DNA of 64,000 nucleotides from Bacillales bacterium UBA4691 (GCA_002404865.1 DHKP01000007.1:79019-143018); one strand, 5' to 3'; positions 53,659-64,000 are shown, numbered from the stretch's first letter. Translations and numbers: made by a program. Notes: a model not told the origin generated them from the sequence alone.

Positions 53659-54589
53659 TTACGAATCTAAAACCAAAGATGCAGCGCCATATATTCCTAG
53701 TTCATTAAAGTAAGAAGAGACAAGAACCTTGGGTCTAGGAAGAAGATCGCTTACAAATCCATAATGCTTTCGTTTTAATTGAGCTAAGAGACACTCATTT
53801 TCTTTCGTTATTCCGCCAGCAAGAATAATTGCTTCGGGGCGAAAAGATGGGATGATAGAAATTAGGCCATCCCCAAGAAAGGAAATAAAGCGGTTAAGGA
53901 TTTTGTTCGCGCTTTCATCACCTTTTTAGCGTAGGTAAACACTAATTTGGGATCAACGGTACTTAAATTGCCTTGAACCCCTTCCCACATCTTTGATTCG
54001 AAGAGCCATGACGCGTTTTGTTTCTTTCGTAAGTGCACAACCGCTCGCATAGGCTTCTAAGCACCCTTGATTCCCACATGTGCATTTCTTGCCACCGCTT
54101 TTGATAGTGATATGGCCTAGTTCTACCCAAAATTATCCGCCCCTTTAAAGAGTTTCCGATTTAAAATGAGACCACTGCCAATCCCGGTATCCAATGTCAA
54201 AACAATGAAATTGCCAAAGTCTTTTCCTTTGCCAAATCTAGCTTCGCCTAAAGCGGCGGCATTCGCATTGTTTTCAATCACGATTTTTTCGTGAATTTCC
54301 TTCTGAAGCAAAGTAGTGATTGCTAAATTTCTCCATTTCAAGTTATTGCTATATAAGCAAATGCCATTCTTGCGAGATACTAACCCTGGGATGCCAATGC
54401 CAACGCCAGCGAATTTATCTTTCTTTTCGCCAAAGGAATAAGTCGATTTAAAATAGGGATTAATTGTTTGATTGTAAGTGTTCCGCTCGAAAGTATCGGA
54501 GCGAGAAACGCTTCCATTTTCTCTCCCCTAGAATTAACAAGAGCCCCTTTTATGGAACTCCCACCGATATCAATCCCTAGAGCGATCAT
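53659..54589 (-). pseudogene. ROK-family glucokinase, interrupted by about four frameshifts
   Basis: The pieces lie in three frames. They are MIALGIDIGGSSIKGALVN..., ...GVGIGIPGLVSRKNG...IENNANAAALGEARFGKG...LDTGIGSGLI..., VELGHITIKSGGKKCTCGNQGCLEAYASG and ...DESANKILNRF...EAIILAGGIT...GAASLVLDS*. Each frame switch falls at a short homopolymer (gaaaag, ttttggg, caaaac, aaaaagg). The overall length is preserved (~310 codons). Confidence 0.75.
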
Positions 54590-55490
54590 TAGGAACTTCA
54601 ACAGTCACGATTTTTGCTTCCCCTTCAAAGTGTCCTCCTTTAGAAGCAGGAATAAAAAACGTATCGCCTTTCGAAAAAGGGATATTCGCGAATTTTCCTT
54701 CGCCTTCAATCACCATGAAAGAAAGGAAAGAATCCTTGCTAGCGAATAAGTCGTCAGAAAATATCTCCTTCTTTTTTGCCACAAAATAAGGACATTCTCC
54801 TAATATGTTGCTTCTGAAAGTAACAGGCTTAAAAGCCTCATAATTGATAACGTTTAAGGCTTTTTCAAGATGAAGTTCACGCGGTTTCCCGTCTTTTCCG
54901 ATTCTTCCATAATCGTAAAGGCGATAAGTAAGAGTGCTATTTTGCTGAATCTCGATAAGGGTTACTCCTCCCCCAATCGCATGTACCGTTCCACTAGGGA
55001 TGAAATAAGTTTCGCCTTTATGGACTTTAATAAAATTGAGTAATGAAACGATTGAATGGTCATCAACGGCTTTTCTTACTTCGCTAGGGCTAGTGTTCTT
55101 CTTAAAGCCTAAATAAATCCCCGCCCCCTCTTTTGCGTCAAGAATATGCCACATTTCGGTTTTCCCAAATTGATTCTCGTTTTGAAGGGCGTAAGCGTCA
55201 CTTGGATGAACTTGTACGCTTAAATCAGTCTCGCTATCGATCAGTTTAACAAGGACTGGGAAAAAAGAAAATGAAGCGGAAGCAAGACCAATATCTTCCT
55301 TGGTAGCAACCTCTTTTAGGAGCTTTCCTTTGTTAAATCCACTAGCGATAATAGAGGGTCCAGCGTCATTAAAGGAAAGTTCCCAGCACTCAGCAATCGA
55401 ACTTCCGTTCCCTTCTTTCCCCCACTTTCGTAAGTTATTCCCACCCCAGATATAATCTTTTGTGGCCGGTTTAAGTTTAACAATTTCCAT
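54570..55490 (-). CDS. manA: Mannose-6-phosphate isomerase, class I
   Basis: DYIWGG, QVHPSDAYA, ETYFIPSGTVHAIGGG and LIEIQQNSTLTYRLYDYGR closely parallel Bacillus ManA. 306 aa. Confidence 0.9.
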   Translation of the reverse strand: MEIVKLKPATKDYIWGGNNLRKWGKEGNGSSIAECWELSFNDAGPSIIASGFNKGKLLKEVATKEDIGLASASFSFFPVLVKLIDSETDLSVQVHPSDAYALQNENQFGKTEMWHILDAKEGAGIYLGFKKNTSPSEVRKAVDDHSIVSLLNFIKVHKGETYFIPSGTVHAIGGGVTLIEIQQNSTLTYRLYDYGRIGKDGKPRELHLEKALNVINYEAFKPVTFRSNILGECPYFVAKKKEIFSDDLFASKDSFLSFMVIEGEGKFANIPFSKGDTFFIPASKGGHFEGEAKIVTVEVPNDRSRD

Positions 55491-55492
55491 GT

Positions 55493-56440
55493 TTAATCCC
55501 TTATTTGCTTTGTATTTTCTAGTTGCTGAGTCGAGAATTTTCGGCTGGCCAAATCAACAAGATACAAGGAAATAAGAATTCCCAAAACGCTAATGAAAGC
55601 GCCAAAAGAAACGTCGCTCATGAAATGGGCGCCCGCAACGATTCTAGCAAAGGCAACCAGAATTAAATGAAGAAAGCCAATCACAAAGAAGATAAGATCT
55701 TCATATTTGTATTTCTTTTCAGCAACTTGAGGAAACAATCCGAGCGTCAAAGCGATCGCGGCGGTTGAAGTATGTCCGCTTGGCCAAGACTTATAATAGT
55801 CGCCACTCGTATGACTAAACGGTTTCATTTCCCACCAAGCCCGGAACGTCTCATTAAGCCCCTCTAAAGCTTTAGTGCTCCCATCCCCCATCAAAAAGCG
55901 GTAACGGGGTCTCATCGCAAGATATTTTAATAAAAAATTAACAAGTGCGAGTTGGATGGCCATCGAAACCAATACGACCGAACCAACAATAATTAATCCG
56001 CGAGTGTCTTTTTTGTCCACAAATAAAAACGTTAATAAAGAAGATAGAGCCATTAAGAAAAAGGAAAACGCATATGCACAAAATTTATTTGTTGTCATGC
56101 CGTATTCTTGATTGTCGCATAAAGAATGACCATAGATAAAGGTAGTCGAGAGTAAAGAGACGGCAAATAAAAAATAAGCGATTATTCTTAGCCAAATATT
56201 CTTGCTTTTGTACAATCCTAAAAATAGTGCCATTCCAGCGGCAGGAATCATCATATATCCTAATCCCGCTCCGAAAGTCTCATAGAACTGGCCAAAGCCA
56301 CTCTCCTTGTCGTAAAGAGCCTTAGAAATGTTAAGATCGAAAAAGCTTCCGACAATAATTCCGATAAGCGCTAAGAAGAGAACGATAAGGAAATAAGATA
56401 TCCTTATGCCACACCATTTTTTGTTCACTAACTGTTTCAT
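55493..56440 (-). CDS. PAP2-family membrane phosphatase
   Basis: The PAP2 motifs are KYLAMRPRYRF (KxxxxxxRP), WPSGHTS (PSGH) and RIVAGAHFMSDV (SRxxxxxHxxxD-like). The protein is polytopic. Confidence 0.85.
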   Translation of the reverse strand: MKQLVNKKWCGIRISYFLIVLFLALIGIIVGSFFDLNISKALYDKESGFGQFYETFGAGLGYMMIPAAGMALFLGLYKSKNIWLRIIAYFLFAVSLLSTTFIYGHSLCDNQEYGMTTNKFCAYAFSFFLMALSSLLTFLFVDKKDTRGLIIVGSVVLVSMAIQLALVNFLLKYLAMRPRYRFLMGDGSTKALEGLNETFRAWWEMKPFSHTSGDYYKSWPSGHTSTAAIALTLGLFPQVAEKKYKYEDLIFFVIGFLHLILVAFARIVAGAHFMSDVSFGAFISVLGILISLYLVDLASRKFSTQQLENTKQIRD

Positions 56441-56506
56441 AACTTTTAAAGTTTACACCCGAGCAAGCGATACTGACTATAGGGAGTTCCCTCATCGGGA
56501 AAATTG

Positions 56507-57040
56507 CTACTCCTTTAATTTTTCTTTCTTTGTTTGTTCTTCTCGATAGTCACGAATTTCCTTCGCATAGGAGACGACAAAGTTTCGCTCATTCTCATTT
56601 AATTCTTTTAACGGGATATAAATTGTTTTTCCGTTCACGGAAGTAATTGATGCAAGGTTCTTTTTCGTTTCAATAAGACTGATTTCGCCTTCATCGCAAT
56701 AGAAGCTAGAAGAACAAGATAGACGGTAATTCCAAACCTTACTCTCGTTTTCGTGAGAAAAAACGATGGTGACTTTTCCCTTCATATGGCGGTTAAAGCC
56801 TTTTAGAAAGAGCAAAAATGGCGAGGCACAAAATAAAATCACCCCAAATATTATCAAGATATAGCCGACTAATTGAGGAGATTCAATTTCTCTAGAAGTA
56901 TCCCAAAAAGCAACATAAACCCCTATGAAAATGGTAAGAATTGATATAAAGATATCCCAAAGAGCAGAGGTAACTCTCATCTTTACGATGTCGAGGATTT
57001 TTCCTTTGTAGTTACTTTCGAAATGAATCTCGTAGTTCAT
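56507..57040 (-). CDS. Hypothetical membrane protein (two TM helices plus a C-terminal soluble domain, YcxB-like topology)
   Basis: 177-aa ORF. I recognise no diagnostic motif. The topology is read from the hydrophobic stretches. Confidence 0.55.
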   Translation of the reverse strand: MNYEIHFESNYKGKILDIVKMRVTSALWDIFISILTIFIGVYVAFWDTSREIESPQLVGYILIIFGVILFCASPFLLFLKGFNRHMKGKVTIVFSHENESKVWNYRLSCSSSFYCDEGEISLIETKKNLASITSVNGKTIYIPLKELNENERNFVVSYAKEIRDYREEQTKKEKLKE

Positions 57041-57225
57041 AAAGAAAGAATAAAGAAGGCAAAGATGAATTGCTATCGTTATTTCAAATTTAAGAAATTG
57101 CCAAATAATTTTGTTATAGGCCGATTTTTAAGAATTGAAGGGTCGATGAGACAAAAACTAGCAAAACGAAGCAGAGATTAAAACCATTTATTTCATTTTG
57201 GTGATGTTTTTAAATCGATATTCGG

Positions 57226-58884
57226 CTAGAAGAAGCGAATGCGATCCTCGGTGTTCTCGTATCGCTTCAAATCGCCCTTAAGGTTGTCTTTTAAATAGTC
57301 AATTAGGCATTGATAAGCAATCATTCCTTTGCTGATTTTAAATTCGTTATCCATAAACATCGAGTAGCCATTTCCCCCATCGCGCAAAATATAATCGCTA
57401 GAAACAAGAAGGTATTCTTTATCGAAAACTAGGTCCTCTTCCTTATTGTCACGAATGAGTTTCACATTTTTAACTCTTCGTTTTGCCCCTTTTTCTACAC
57501 CTAGAAACATCCCTTTGCCATCAAGTTTAACGGGGCTAGCGATAGACAAATCGACATCGAACTTAATGCCAGATACTTGCAAAAAACCGCCGAATTCTCC
57601 AATAGCTTCGCCATTATCATCTTTTGTTTTATTATTCGTGTGCATAACGGAAAGCTCTAACGCGTCAAGTATCTCTTCTCCGCTAGCTAGGCACATCGAT
57701 AAGGAATTCCCAAACGGATGGACATTAATAATGTCTTTAAAAGTAACATCACCTTTAGGAATGTCCGCCCTAATGCCACCCCCATTCACAAAAGCGATAT
57801 CAGCTTTATAGATATAACGATAAGCATCCGCGCAGAAGTTCCCAATTGTAGTCTCACGGTTTCTCACTTGTCTTACCCCATCTTTTAAGCAGCTTAACGC
57901 AACGTTAGTTTTAGCAATGACGCGATTCATCTCTTTATCAAAGCCATTTTTGATGCGATGAATAAATTCATCCATTTTTCCATCTTTTTCTTCGTAATGG
58001 TCAACATTTCCCGTTTTTATTTTGCCTTTCGAAGAAATGATAAGCTCTCCAATATTCATTAGTTTCGTGCCACTTGAAGATAAAGGAACGAATTGATTTT
58101 CTTTATTTTTAACGTAACGAGACTGAATCGTTGCGTGGGCATGCCCATCCAAAAAGGCATGGATTCCTTTTGTGTTTTTAATCACATCCACCGAACGAAA
58201 AGGAGAGATGCTTTCACTATGTCCTAAATGCCCTAAAGCAACAACGTAATTTGCTCCTTCCTTGTAGCATTCATCCACCGCGTTTTGAATGGTTCGATAG
58301 AAAATCTCTTTGCTTGAAGAGGAAAAATCGACAACGAATCTGTCGTTACTATCCATGAAATATCGCGGGGTGGATTCGGTTAAGGAAAATGGAGTGGTAA
58401 TACCAACAAACCCCACCTTCTTATTCCCATATTGTTTTACTTCATAGGTCTTTAGTTTATGAAGAGGATTATTGCCATCCCCTATATATTTCACATTAGA
58501 GCCGACATAAGCGAAATGCGCTTTTTCCATTATTTCTTTGAGATTATCTAATCCGTAATCAAACTCATGATTTCCCAAAATCGAAACGTCATATTGGGCT
58601 TCATTCATGATATCGACGATGAACTTCCCTTTTGAAATCGCTCCAAAATAATCACCTTGAATCGCGTCTCCACAATCTACGAGCGCAACATAAGGAGTTT
58701 CAGCTTGTCGTTTCTTTTTATAAGAAACCAAACCGCTATAACCGATAGATTTATCAATTTCACAATGTACATCATTCGTGAAAAGAATGACAATATCATC
58801 CTCGTTTTGAAGGCCTAAGCAAGAACATAAAAGGCCGCCGAAAGCCAATAGAGGCAATAAAAAGGGCAACGATATCTTTTTCAT
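57226..58884 (-). CDS. Lipoprotein 5'-nucleotidase / 2',3'-cyclic phosphodiesterase family (metallophosphoesterase plus 5'-nucleotidase C-terminal domain)
   Basis: The lipobox is GGLLCSC. The calcineurin-like motifs are TNDVHC, DCGDAIQG, GNHEFD and GHLG. The C-terminal substrate-binding domain includes FVNGGGIRADI. I trimmed the start to the ATG at 58884. Confidence 0.88.
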   Translation of the reverse strand: MKKISLPFLLPLLAFGGLLCSCLGLQNEDDIVILFTNDVHCEIDKSIGYSGLVSYKKKRQAETPYVALVDCGDAIQGDYFGAISKGKFIVDIMNEAQYDVSILGNHEFDYGLDNLKEIMEKAHFAYVGSNVKYIGDGNNPLHKLKTYEVKQYGNKKVGFVGITTPFSLTESTPRYFMDSNDRFVVDFSSSSKEIFYRTIQNAVDECYKEGANYVVALGHLGHSESISPFRSVDVIKNTKGIHAFLDGHAHATIQSRYVKNKENQFVPLSSSGTKLMNIGELIISSKGKIKTGNVDHYEEKDGKMDEFIHRIKNGFDKEMNRVIAKTNVALSCLKDGVRQVRNRETTIGNFCADAYRYIYKADIAFVNGGGIRADIPKGDVTFKDIINVHPFGNSLSMCLASGEEILDALELSVMHTNNKTKDDNGEAIGEFGGFLQVSGIKFDVDLSIASPVKLDGKGMFLGVEKGAKRRVKNVKLIRDNKEEDLVFDKEYLLVSSDYILRDGGNGYSMFMDNEFKISKGMIAYQCLIDYLKDNLKGDLKRYENTEDRIRFF

Positions 58885-59002
58885 GATTTTTTCCTTCTTT
58901 ATAAAAACACTAAACCATGAAGAAAATAGTTTTTGCAAGCAAGATAATTAGAAATACATCAAAAAATATTTTCGATAAAATCGAAATATATTAAATAAAT
59001 CA

Positions 59003-59030
59003 ATAAAGAAAAGCGCGAATTATCGCGCTT
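59003..59030 (-). terminator. Rho-independent terminator of the pflBA operon
   Basis: The hairpin is AAGCGCGA-atta-TCGCGCTT. On the minus strand it is followed by UUCUUUAUU. Confidence 0.65.
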
Positions 59031-59032
59031 CA

Positions 59033-59827
59033 CTAGTCTTGATTTTTTAAATATCCCACGAAGTAATCACTATCAATAAGTTTATTAGCCCTAGCGACTT
59101 CTTTTTCTGAGGGAGGATAAACGTCCTTTAAGTAATATTCGCGGTGTAATTTTTCATACTCCGGAATCGCCAAAGTGTGATAAGGGAGCACTTCAAGACG
59201 CTCGACGTTCCCTAAAGATTTCAAGAATTCTCCACTGCGTTTCAATAAGCTTTCATCATCGGTATAGCCAGGCACCAACACGTATCTTACCCAGATCGGG
59301 AAATGCTTTTTTGCTAGATAATGAAATGCCTCTAAAACATTCTTATTGCTCTTACCGGTTATTTTCTTATGAAGATCATCGTCGAGACCTTTTAAATCAA
59401 GGAGGAACAAATCGCAATACGAGAGTAATTCATCAAATTTCGTTAAATAAGATGGATCTAGCGAAAATGTCGCACAACTCGTATCAATGACGAATCCTAT
59501 CCCGTCTTGCTTGAGTAGTTTGCCTAATTCAACGAGGAACGGAATATTAGTAAGAGGTTCTCCACCCGATACCGTGACCCCGCCGTTTTTGCCCCAATAC
59601 CGTTTATAACGAATTAAAGCTTTATAGGCTTCTAATGGCGTCACTATCTGTCCACATGTCGCCGACTGCATCTCTGGATTATGGCAGTATAAGCAGCGAA
59701 ACGGGCATCCGCTTACAAAGAGGATGCTCCTTACGCCAGGTCCATCGACAAGCCCGAAACTTTCGAGCTTGTCAGAATAGACAAATGGGGTATTAGAGGT
59801 GGTCGTGGCAAGTTCTTGCGATGACAT
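59033..59827 (-). CDS. pflA: Pyruvate formate-lyase activating enzyme (radical SAM)
   Basis: [31 protein letters not shown] contains the CxxxCxxC motif. The ATG at 59827 overlaps the last 35 nt of pflB. Confidence 0.93.
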   Translation of the reverse strand: MSSQELATTTSNTPFVYSDKLESFGLVDGPGVRSILFVSGCPFRCLYCHNPEMQSATCGQIVTPLEAYKALIRYKRYWGKNGGVTVSGGEPLTNIPFLVELGKLLKQDGIGFVIDTSCATFSLDPSYLTKFDELLSYCDLFLLDLKGLDDDLHKKITGKSNKNVLEAFHYLAKKHFPIWVRYVLVPGYTDDESLLKRSGEFLKSLGNVERLEVLPYHTLAIPEYEKLHREYYLKDVYPPSEKEVARANKLIDSDYFVGYLKNQD

Positions 59828-62036
59828 CAAGTTGTTGTTCCTTGGTGAGATTAATGAATTTCACCGCGTAGCCAGAGACACGGATTGTGAAGTTCGCATA
59901 TTCCGGTTTTTCTGGATGATTCATGCAGTCGATGAGTTTTTCTTTACCAAAGACGTTTACGTTAAGGTGATGAGCCCCGCCATCGAAATAGCCATCAAGA
60001 ACATGAACGAGATTGTCAATTCTCTCTTTGGCAGTATGCCCTAAGCAGTTAGTGTTGATGGTTTGCGTATTGGAAATACCGTCAAGCGCATATTCATAAG
60101 GAAGCTTCGTAAGGGAGTTCAAAGAAGCGAGCAATCCGTTCTTTTCCGCTCCATAGCTTGGGTTAGCGCCCGGAGAAAGAGGTTCGCCAGCTTTTCTTCC
60201 ATCAGGAAGGGTGCCAGTGGCTTTACCGTATACGACATTGGAAGTAATCGTAAGGATGGAAGTCGTTGGTTTGGAGTTACGATAAGTCTTTCTAGAAGCA
60301 ATGTAGCTCATGAAAGTCTTTAGCAAATGAACGGCGATAGAATCAGCGCGGTCATCATCGTTGCCGTATCGAGGGAAATCGCCTTCGATTTGGAAATCAA
60401 CAGCGACGCCTTTTTCGTTGCGGATTGGTTTCACTTTCGCGTATTTGATGGCGCTTAAGCTATCAACGACATGGCTGAATCCAGCGATACCAGTCGCGAA
60501 ACTACGTTCTGGATGGCTATCGATAAGGGCCATTTCAGCAGCTTCATAATAATATTTATCATGCATGAAGTGAATGATGTTAAGGGCTTCAACGTAAACT
60601 TTAGCAAGCCACTTCATCATATCTTTGTATTTAGCAAGAACATCATCGTAATCGAGATATTCGCCAGTGCATGGGCGATAATCTGGACCAACTTGTTCGC
60701 CCGTTTTTTCGTCAACACCGCCGTTAATCGCGTAAAGTAAGCACTTCGCTAAATTCGCGCGAGCACCGAAGAATTGATACTCTTTGCCGGTTTCTGTCGC
60801 ACTAACGCAGCAGCAAATGGAATAATCGTCTTTCCAAACGGCGCGCATGACATCGTCGTTTTCATATTGAATGGACGAAGTTTGGATCGAAATATGAGCG
60901 GCGTATTTCTTGAATCCCTCTGGGAGGTGGCTGCTATAAAGAACGGTGAGGTTTGGCTCTGGGGCCGGGCCCATGTTTTCGAGGGTGTGGAGGAAACGGA
61001 AGTCATTCTTTGTAACCATGCTTCTTCCATCAAGCGCCATACCGCCAACTTCAAGGGTTGCCCACACTGGGTCGCCAGAGAACAAAGCGTTATAGCTTGG
61101 GATACGCGCAAATTTGACCATACGGAACTTGAGAACGATTTGATCAACAAGCTCTTGGGCTTCTTTTTCGGTCAATAAGCCTTTCTTCATATCGCGTTCA
61201 ATGTAGATGTCAAGGAAGGTAGAGATACGGCCAACTGACATAGCGGCACCGTTTTGGGTTTTGATGGCAGCTAGATATCCGAAATAAAGCCATTGGAAGG
61301 CTTCTTTTGCATTCTTGGCTGGCATAGAGATATCGTATCCATAGCTAGCGGCCATCGTCTTCATGTCTTTGAGGGCCTTGATTTGCATGGAGATCTCTTC
61401 GCGTTCTCTCACGATTTCTTCGCTCATTTCGCCATCATCAGTCAGAGTGAAGTCTTCTTTCTTTTTCTCAATAAGGTAATCAATACCATATAAAGCAATT
61501 CTACGATAATCACCGACGATTCTTCCCCTACCATAAGTATCTGGAAGTCCGGTAATAATCTTATTATGACGGCAGTGTAAGATTTCTGGGGTATAGGCAT
61601 CAAAGACACCGTCGTTATGCGTTTTGTGATAAGTGGTGAAAATCTTATGAAGCTCAGGGTTCACTGGATAGTTATAAGTGGTCAAGGCCTCTTCCGCCAT
61701 TTTGATACCGCCGTATGGCATGAACGCGCGCTTAAGCGGTTTATCCGTTTGTAAGCCAACGATGATTTCCTTATCTTTGTCTAGATAGCCAGGGCCATAG
61801 CTTGTTAATGAGCTAACCACATCGCTTTCCATATCAAGAACGCCACCTTTTTGGTGCTCTTCTTTTTGAAGCGCTTGTAGTTCATCCCAAAGAGCGGTTG
61901 TGTTGCTCGTTGGTCCTTCTAAAAAGCTTTCATCTCCGCTATAAGGAGTGAAGTTATTGATGATAAAATCACGAACATCAATGTCCTCTTTCCATTTTTC
62001 GCCTTTAAACGTGTCGTAGTAGTCCTCTCGACTCAT
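59793..62036 (-). CDS. pflB: Formate C-acetyltransferase (pyruvate formate-lyase)
   Basis: The glycyl-radical motif RVSGYAVKF lies near the C-terminus. The active-site CC is present (SICCCVSA). I trimmed the start to the ATG at 62036 ([10 protein letters not shown]), which has an AGGAGG RBS. Confidence 0.96.
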   Translation of the reverse strand: MSREDYYDTFKGEKWKEDIDVRDFIINNFTPYSGDESFLEGPTSNTTALWDELQALQKEEHQKGGVLDMESDVVSSLTSYGPGYLDKDKEIIVGLQTDKPLKRAFMPYGGIKMAEEALTTYNYPVNPELHKIFTTYHKTHNDGVFDAYTPEILHCRHNKIITGLPDTYGRGRIVGDYRRIALYGIDYLIEKKKEDFTLTDDGEMSEEIVREREEISMQIKALKDMKTMAASYGYDISMPAKNAKEAFQWLYFGYLAAIKTQNGAAMSVGRISTFLDIYIERDMKKGLLTEKEAQELVDQIVLKFRMVKFARIPSYNALFSGDPVWATLEVGGMALDGRSMVTKNDFRFLHTLENMGPAPEPNLTVLYSSHLPEGFKKYAAHISIQTSSIQYENDDVMRAVWKDDYSICCCVSATETGKEYQFFGARANLAKCLLYAINGGVDEKTGEQVGPDYRPCTGEYLDYDDVLAKYKDMMKWLAKVYVEALNIIHFMHDKYYYEAAEMALIDSHPERSFATGIAGFSHVVDSLSAIKYAKVKPIRNEKGVAVDFQIEGDFPRYGNDDDRADSIAVHLLKTFMSYIASRKTYRNSKPTTSILTITSNVVYGKATGTLPDGRKAGEPLSPGANPSYGAEKNGLLASLNSLTKLPYEYALDGISNTQTINTNCLGHTAKERIDNLVHVLDGYFDGGAHHLNVNVFGKEKLIDCMNHPEKPEYANFTIRVSGYAVKFINLTKEQQLDVIARTCHDHL

Positions 62037-62128
62037 GTTTTTTCCTCCTAAACGTTTTTGCCCATACATTATATAGAGTGAAATTTTGAATTGTCTTTTA
62101 AAACGCTTAAGATTTTCATCAAAAACCA

Positions 62129-62142
62129 TAAAAGCGCTTACA
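62129..62142. promoter_or_regulatory. cre-like palindrome upstream of pflB (candidate CcpA site)
   Basis: On the minus strand the sequence is TGTAAGCGCTTTTA, against the cre consensus TGWAARCGYTWNCW (one mismatch). It lies ~95 nt upstream of the pflB ATG. A second AAGCGTTTT lies nearby. Confidence 0.3.
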
Positions 62143-62265
62143 AAGACTTAAATTATGAGCGGATAGTAAAGAGACTTATCTGAAAAAAATAATTGATAAA
62201 TTTAGTCATTGGGCCGAATTAGAATTCGTAAGAAAAAGTGAGTCACTCCTATTGACCTTTCTCAT

Positions 62266-62303
62266 TAAAAAGAAAACGCCATCCAATTTTTAGATGACGT
62301 TTC
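62266..62303 (-). terminator. Rho-independent terminator downstream of the second GH3 gene
   Basis: On the minus strand AAACGUCAUC-(loop)-GAUGGCGUUU forms a stem with one G-U pair. UCUUUUU follows. Confidence 0.6.
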
Positions 62304-62327
62304 CTGAGATTTTAGAAGAAAGAAGAA

Positions 62328-64000
62328 TCAGTTATTTTCGCTTTCTTTTTTCATTTTTTTGCCACGGAGAATGACCCAAACAATGCCCGCCGCGTCAAGC
62401 AAGACCACCACAACGTTCAGTGCGATGACCCAATATCCCCAAGCCGGAATCACTGGCACAATGATGGTATTCTTAGATAAGCCATTCATTGCGACGCTAT
62501 TGGCAATGGAATAAAGAACATGGTGAGCGCTATTGCGGAGATAGGTCATGATTTGTGGATCAGAATCGTAACCTTCGATAAGGTAGCGACTTTCATTGTT
62601 GTTCATCCATAAATCAGTGCCAGCTTGTAAGCCTTCTTTGATTGACATATAGGCAGGTAAGCCAGCGTTATCCGTGATGATGCAGCCTTTGAAGCCCCAT
62701 TCACCTCTCAAAACGTTCTGTTGAAGGTTAACGTGATGCCCGCACCAAGTCGTTCCAATGCGGTTGAAAGCGTTCATGATACCGGCGCATCCGCCTTCTT
62801 CAACTGCGTATTTGAATGGCTTAAGGTAAATTTCACGAATTGCTTGTTCGTTAGCGAATGTAACCAAGCCATCCTTGGATCCTTTGATGTTATTCGTCGC
62901 ATCAATGACACCTTCTCCATCGTTAAGGGCAAAGTGCTTGACGTAGCAAATAAGCCCTTTGCTTTCAGCGCCTTTGACCGTTGCAGCGCCGATTTTTCCG
63001 CTAAGAAGTCCGTCTTCGGAATAATATTCGAAGTTTCTTCCCGCATAAGCAGTGCGATGGATATTCATCGCTGGAGCGTACCAAGCTTGCACATTTGCAA
63101 ACATTGCATCGTTACCTACCGCAACGCCTAGTTCCTTAGCTAGATTTTCATTCCAAGTAGAAGCGATTACGACTTCCGTAGGATAGGCCATGCCTTTTGA
63201 GCCACCAATTAAGGTTGCCGAGATTCCGGCAGGGCCATCTTTTGCGGTTGTTGCAGGAACATTAAGATCAGGATTGGCAGGGTTACCATATCCACCCATT
63301 CTCACAGTCTTGAGCATGCTTTCCGCAGAAAGGTTATCAAGGAAATCATTCCAAGCGTCCGAATCGTAGTCTTCCCCAATCAAAGTCGCTAAGTTTAAGC
63401 CATCTTTGGTCTTCGTAGCGGTTTTTGGCATCTCATAGTGCTCTTTTTCTTCGTTATAGTGCGGTGCCAAATCGTCAATGACTTTTTGAGAGAATGTCTT
63501 ATATTTCTCGCCTTTTTCGTCCGTCGTATCGGCGAAGGCCTTTGGGTAGGTGCCATTCCAATCATTGCGAGAAAGATACTTGAAGTCTTTGCCATCATCG
63601 TAATGCTTGATGTCGGCATCTTGGAATTGGTTGGTGACTTCTACGCCAGTTTTTGCGTCTTTGGAGTAGGTTTTCGTATCCAAAGTATCATTTGTCCACT
63701 TATAGGTCAAAGAGGAATTTCCTTCTTTGGTTAAGCCATCAGCAACACCTTTGCCTTTTGAAGCAAGGATATTATTGAGTGCCTCGTGAGCGTTTTCGCC
63801 AACGCTAATATAGTAATCGCCTTTATCTAAAACATAGGTTTTGGCGCCCGTATAATCATAGGAAGCGAACAACTCTTTATCGACATTCACCGTAACCGTC
63901 TCGCTCTTGCCTGGCTCAAGAAGAGAGGTCTTCGTGAAACCAATAAGCTCAAGGGAAGATTTTTCGATGTTGTTTTGAATATCGTAATCCGTATACGGGG
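62328..64000 (-). CDS. Second permuted GH3 glycoside hydrolase (paralog of 44331-47390). Only the 3' part is present; the gene continues past the right edge
   Basis: The reading frame stays open to position 64000 (the ORF track starts at an internal Met, 63890). It is collinear with the first GH3 (AKTYVLDKGDYY, YLSRNDWNGT, KHFALNDGE, REIYLKPF, nucleophile context GCIITDN). It has the same C-terminal PAW + TM + basic tail. Confidence 0.88.
   Translation of the reverse strand, partial: PYTDYDIQNNIEKSSLELIGFTKTSLLEPGKSETVTVNVDKELFASYDYTGAKTYVLDKGDYYISVGENAHEALNNILASKGKGVADGLTKEGNSSLTYKWTNDTLDTKTYSKDAKTGVEVTNQFQDADIKHYDDGKDFKYLSRNDWNGTYPKAFADTTDEKGEKYKTFSQKVIDDLAPHYNEEKEHYEMPKTATKTKDGLNLATLIGEDYDSDAWNDFLDNLSAESMLKTVRMGGYGNPANPDLNVPATTAKDGPAGISATLIGGSKGMAYPTEVVIASTWNENLAKELGVAVGNDAMFANVQAWYAPAMNIHRTAYAGRNFEYYSEDGLLSGKIGAATVKGAESKGLICYVKHFALNDGEGVIDATNNIKGSKDGLVTFANEQAIREIYLKPFKYAVEEGGCAGIMNAFNRIGTTWCGHHVNLQQNVLRGEWGFKGCIITDNAGLPAYMSIKEGLQAGTDLWMNNNESRYLIEGYDSDPQIMTYLRNSAHHVLYSIANSVAMNGLSKNTIIVPVIPAWGYWVIALNVVVVLLDAAGIVWVILRGKKMKKESENN

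Noticed and set aside
51103-54589. Explaining the degV and ROK frameshifts purely as sequencing error
   Set aside because: I could not exclude this and it should be checked. It is disfavoured, however, because many much longer ORFs in the same window, which are rich in similar homopolymer runs, are uninterrupted. The degV remnant is also shortened, not merely frameshifted.

Overview
This 64-kb chromosomal window comes from a low-GC (about 40% by eye) monoderm or Mollicutes-like bacterium. It uses the standard genetic code: TGA acts as a stop, for example at udk and in the ATGA overlap of the ABC exporter pair. I call about 50 protein genes, mostly on the minus strand and mostly housekeeping or transport. 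They include hemW (partial), lepA, a nuclease-fused XPD/DinG-like helicase, hslO, an MgtC-family gene, a SWIM + SNF2 helicase pair, a heterodimeric ABC exporter, potABCD, pepC/pepT, udk, tdk, proS, pgcA, manA and pflBA. There is also a surface glycan-degradation cluster (Big_2 lipoprotein, domain-permuted GH3, beta-helix lipoprotein) and a second GH3 paralog that runs off the right edge. There are six tRNA genes, all with encoded CCA: a Cys-Arg-Pro operon, Gln(CTG), Ser(GCT) and Ser(CGA). I found no rRNA, CRISPR array, transposase, integrase or phage genes, and no convincing complete novel multi-gene system such as a defence island. The things most worth a second look are these. (1) A 270-nt ORF-free spacer (7916-8186) folds into a hairpin array whose loops show Shine-Dalgarno sequences on one strand and 16S-tail (anti-SD) mimics on the other. 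(2) A PD-(D/E)XK nuclease is fused to an Fe-S XPD/DinG-type helicase. (3) A Fic-like protein with a dead active-site motif, plus a small membrane protein, sits between lepA and hemW. (4) A GC-richer insert of about 1.5-2 kb (AraC/GyrI-like regulator) lies next to tRNA-Ser and is bracketed by two different triplets of 20-bp-phased repeats. (5) A membrane protein carries fully degenerate GGDEF and EAL domains. (6) PotD and both GH3 enzymes share a recurrent C-terminal 'PxW + TM helix + basic tail' anchor. (7) Two frameshifted genes (a ROK glucokinase and a DegV-like gene) flank pgcA. (8) A 44-aa rubredoxin-like ORF is absent from the ORF track. All functional calls rest on motifs I recognised by eye. 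I ran no database search.
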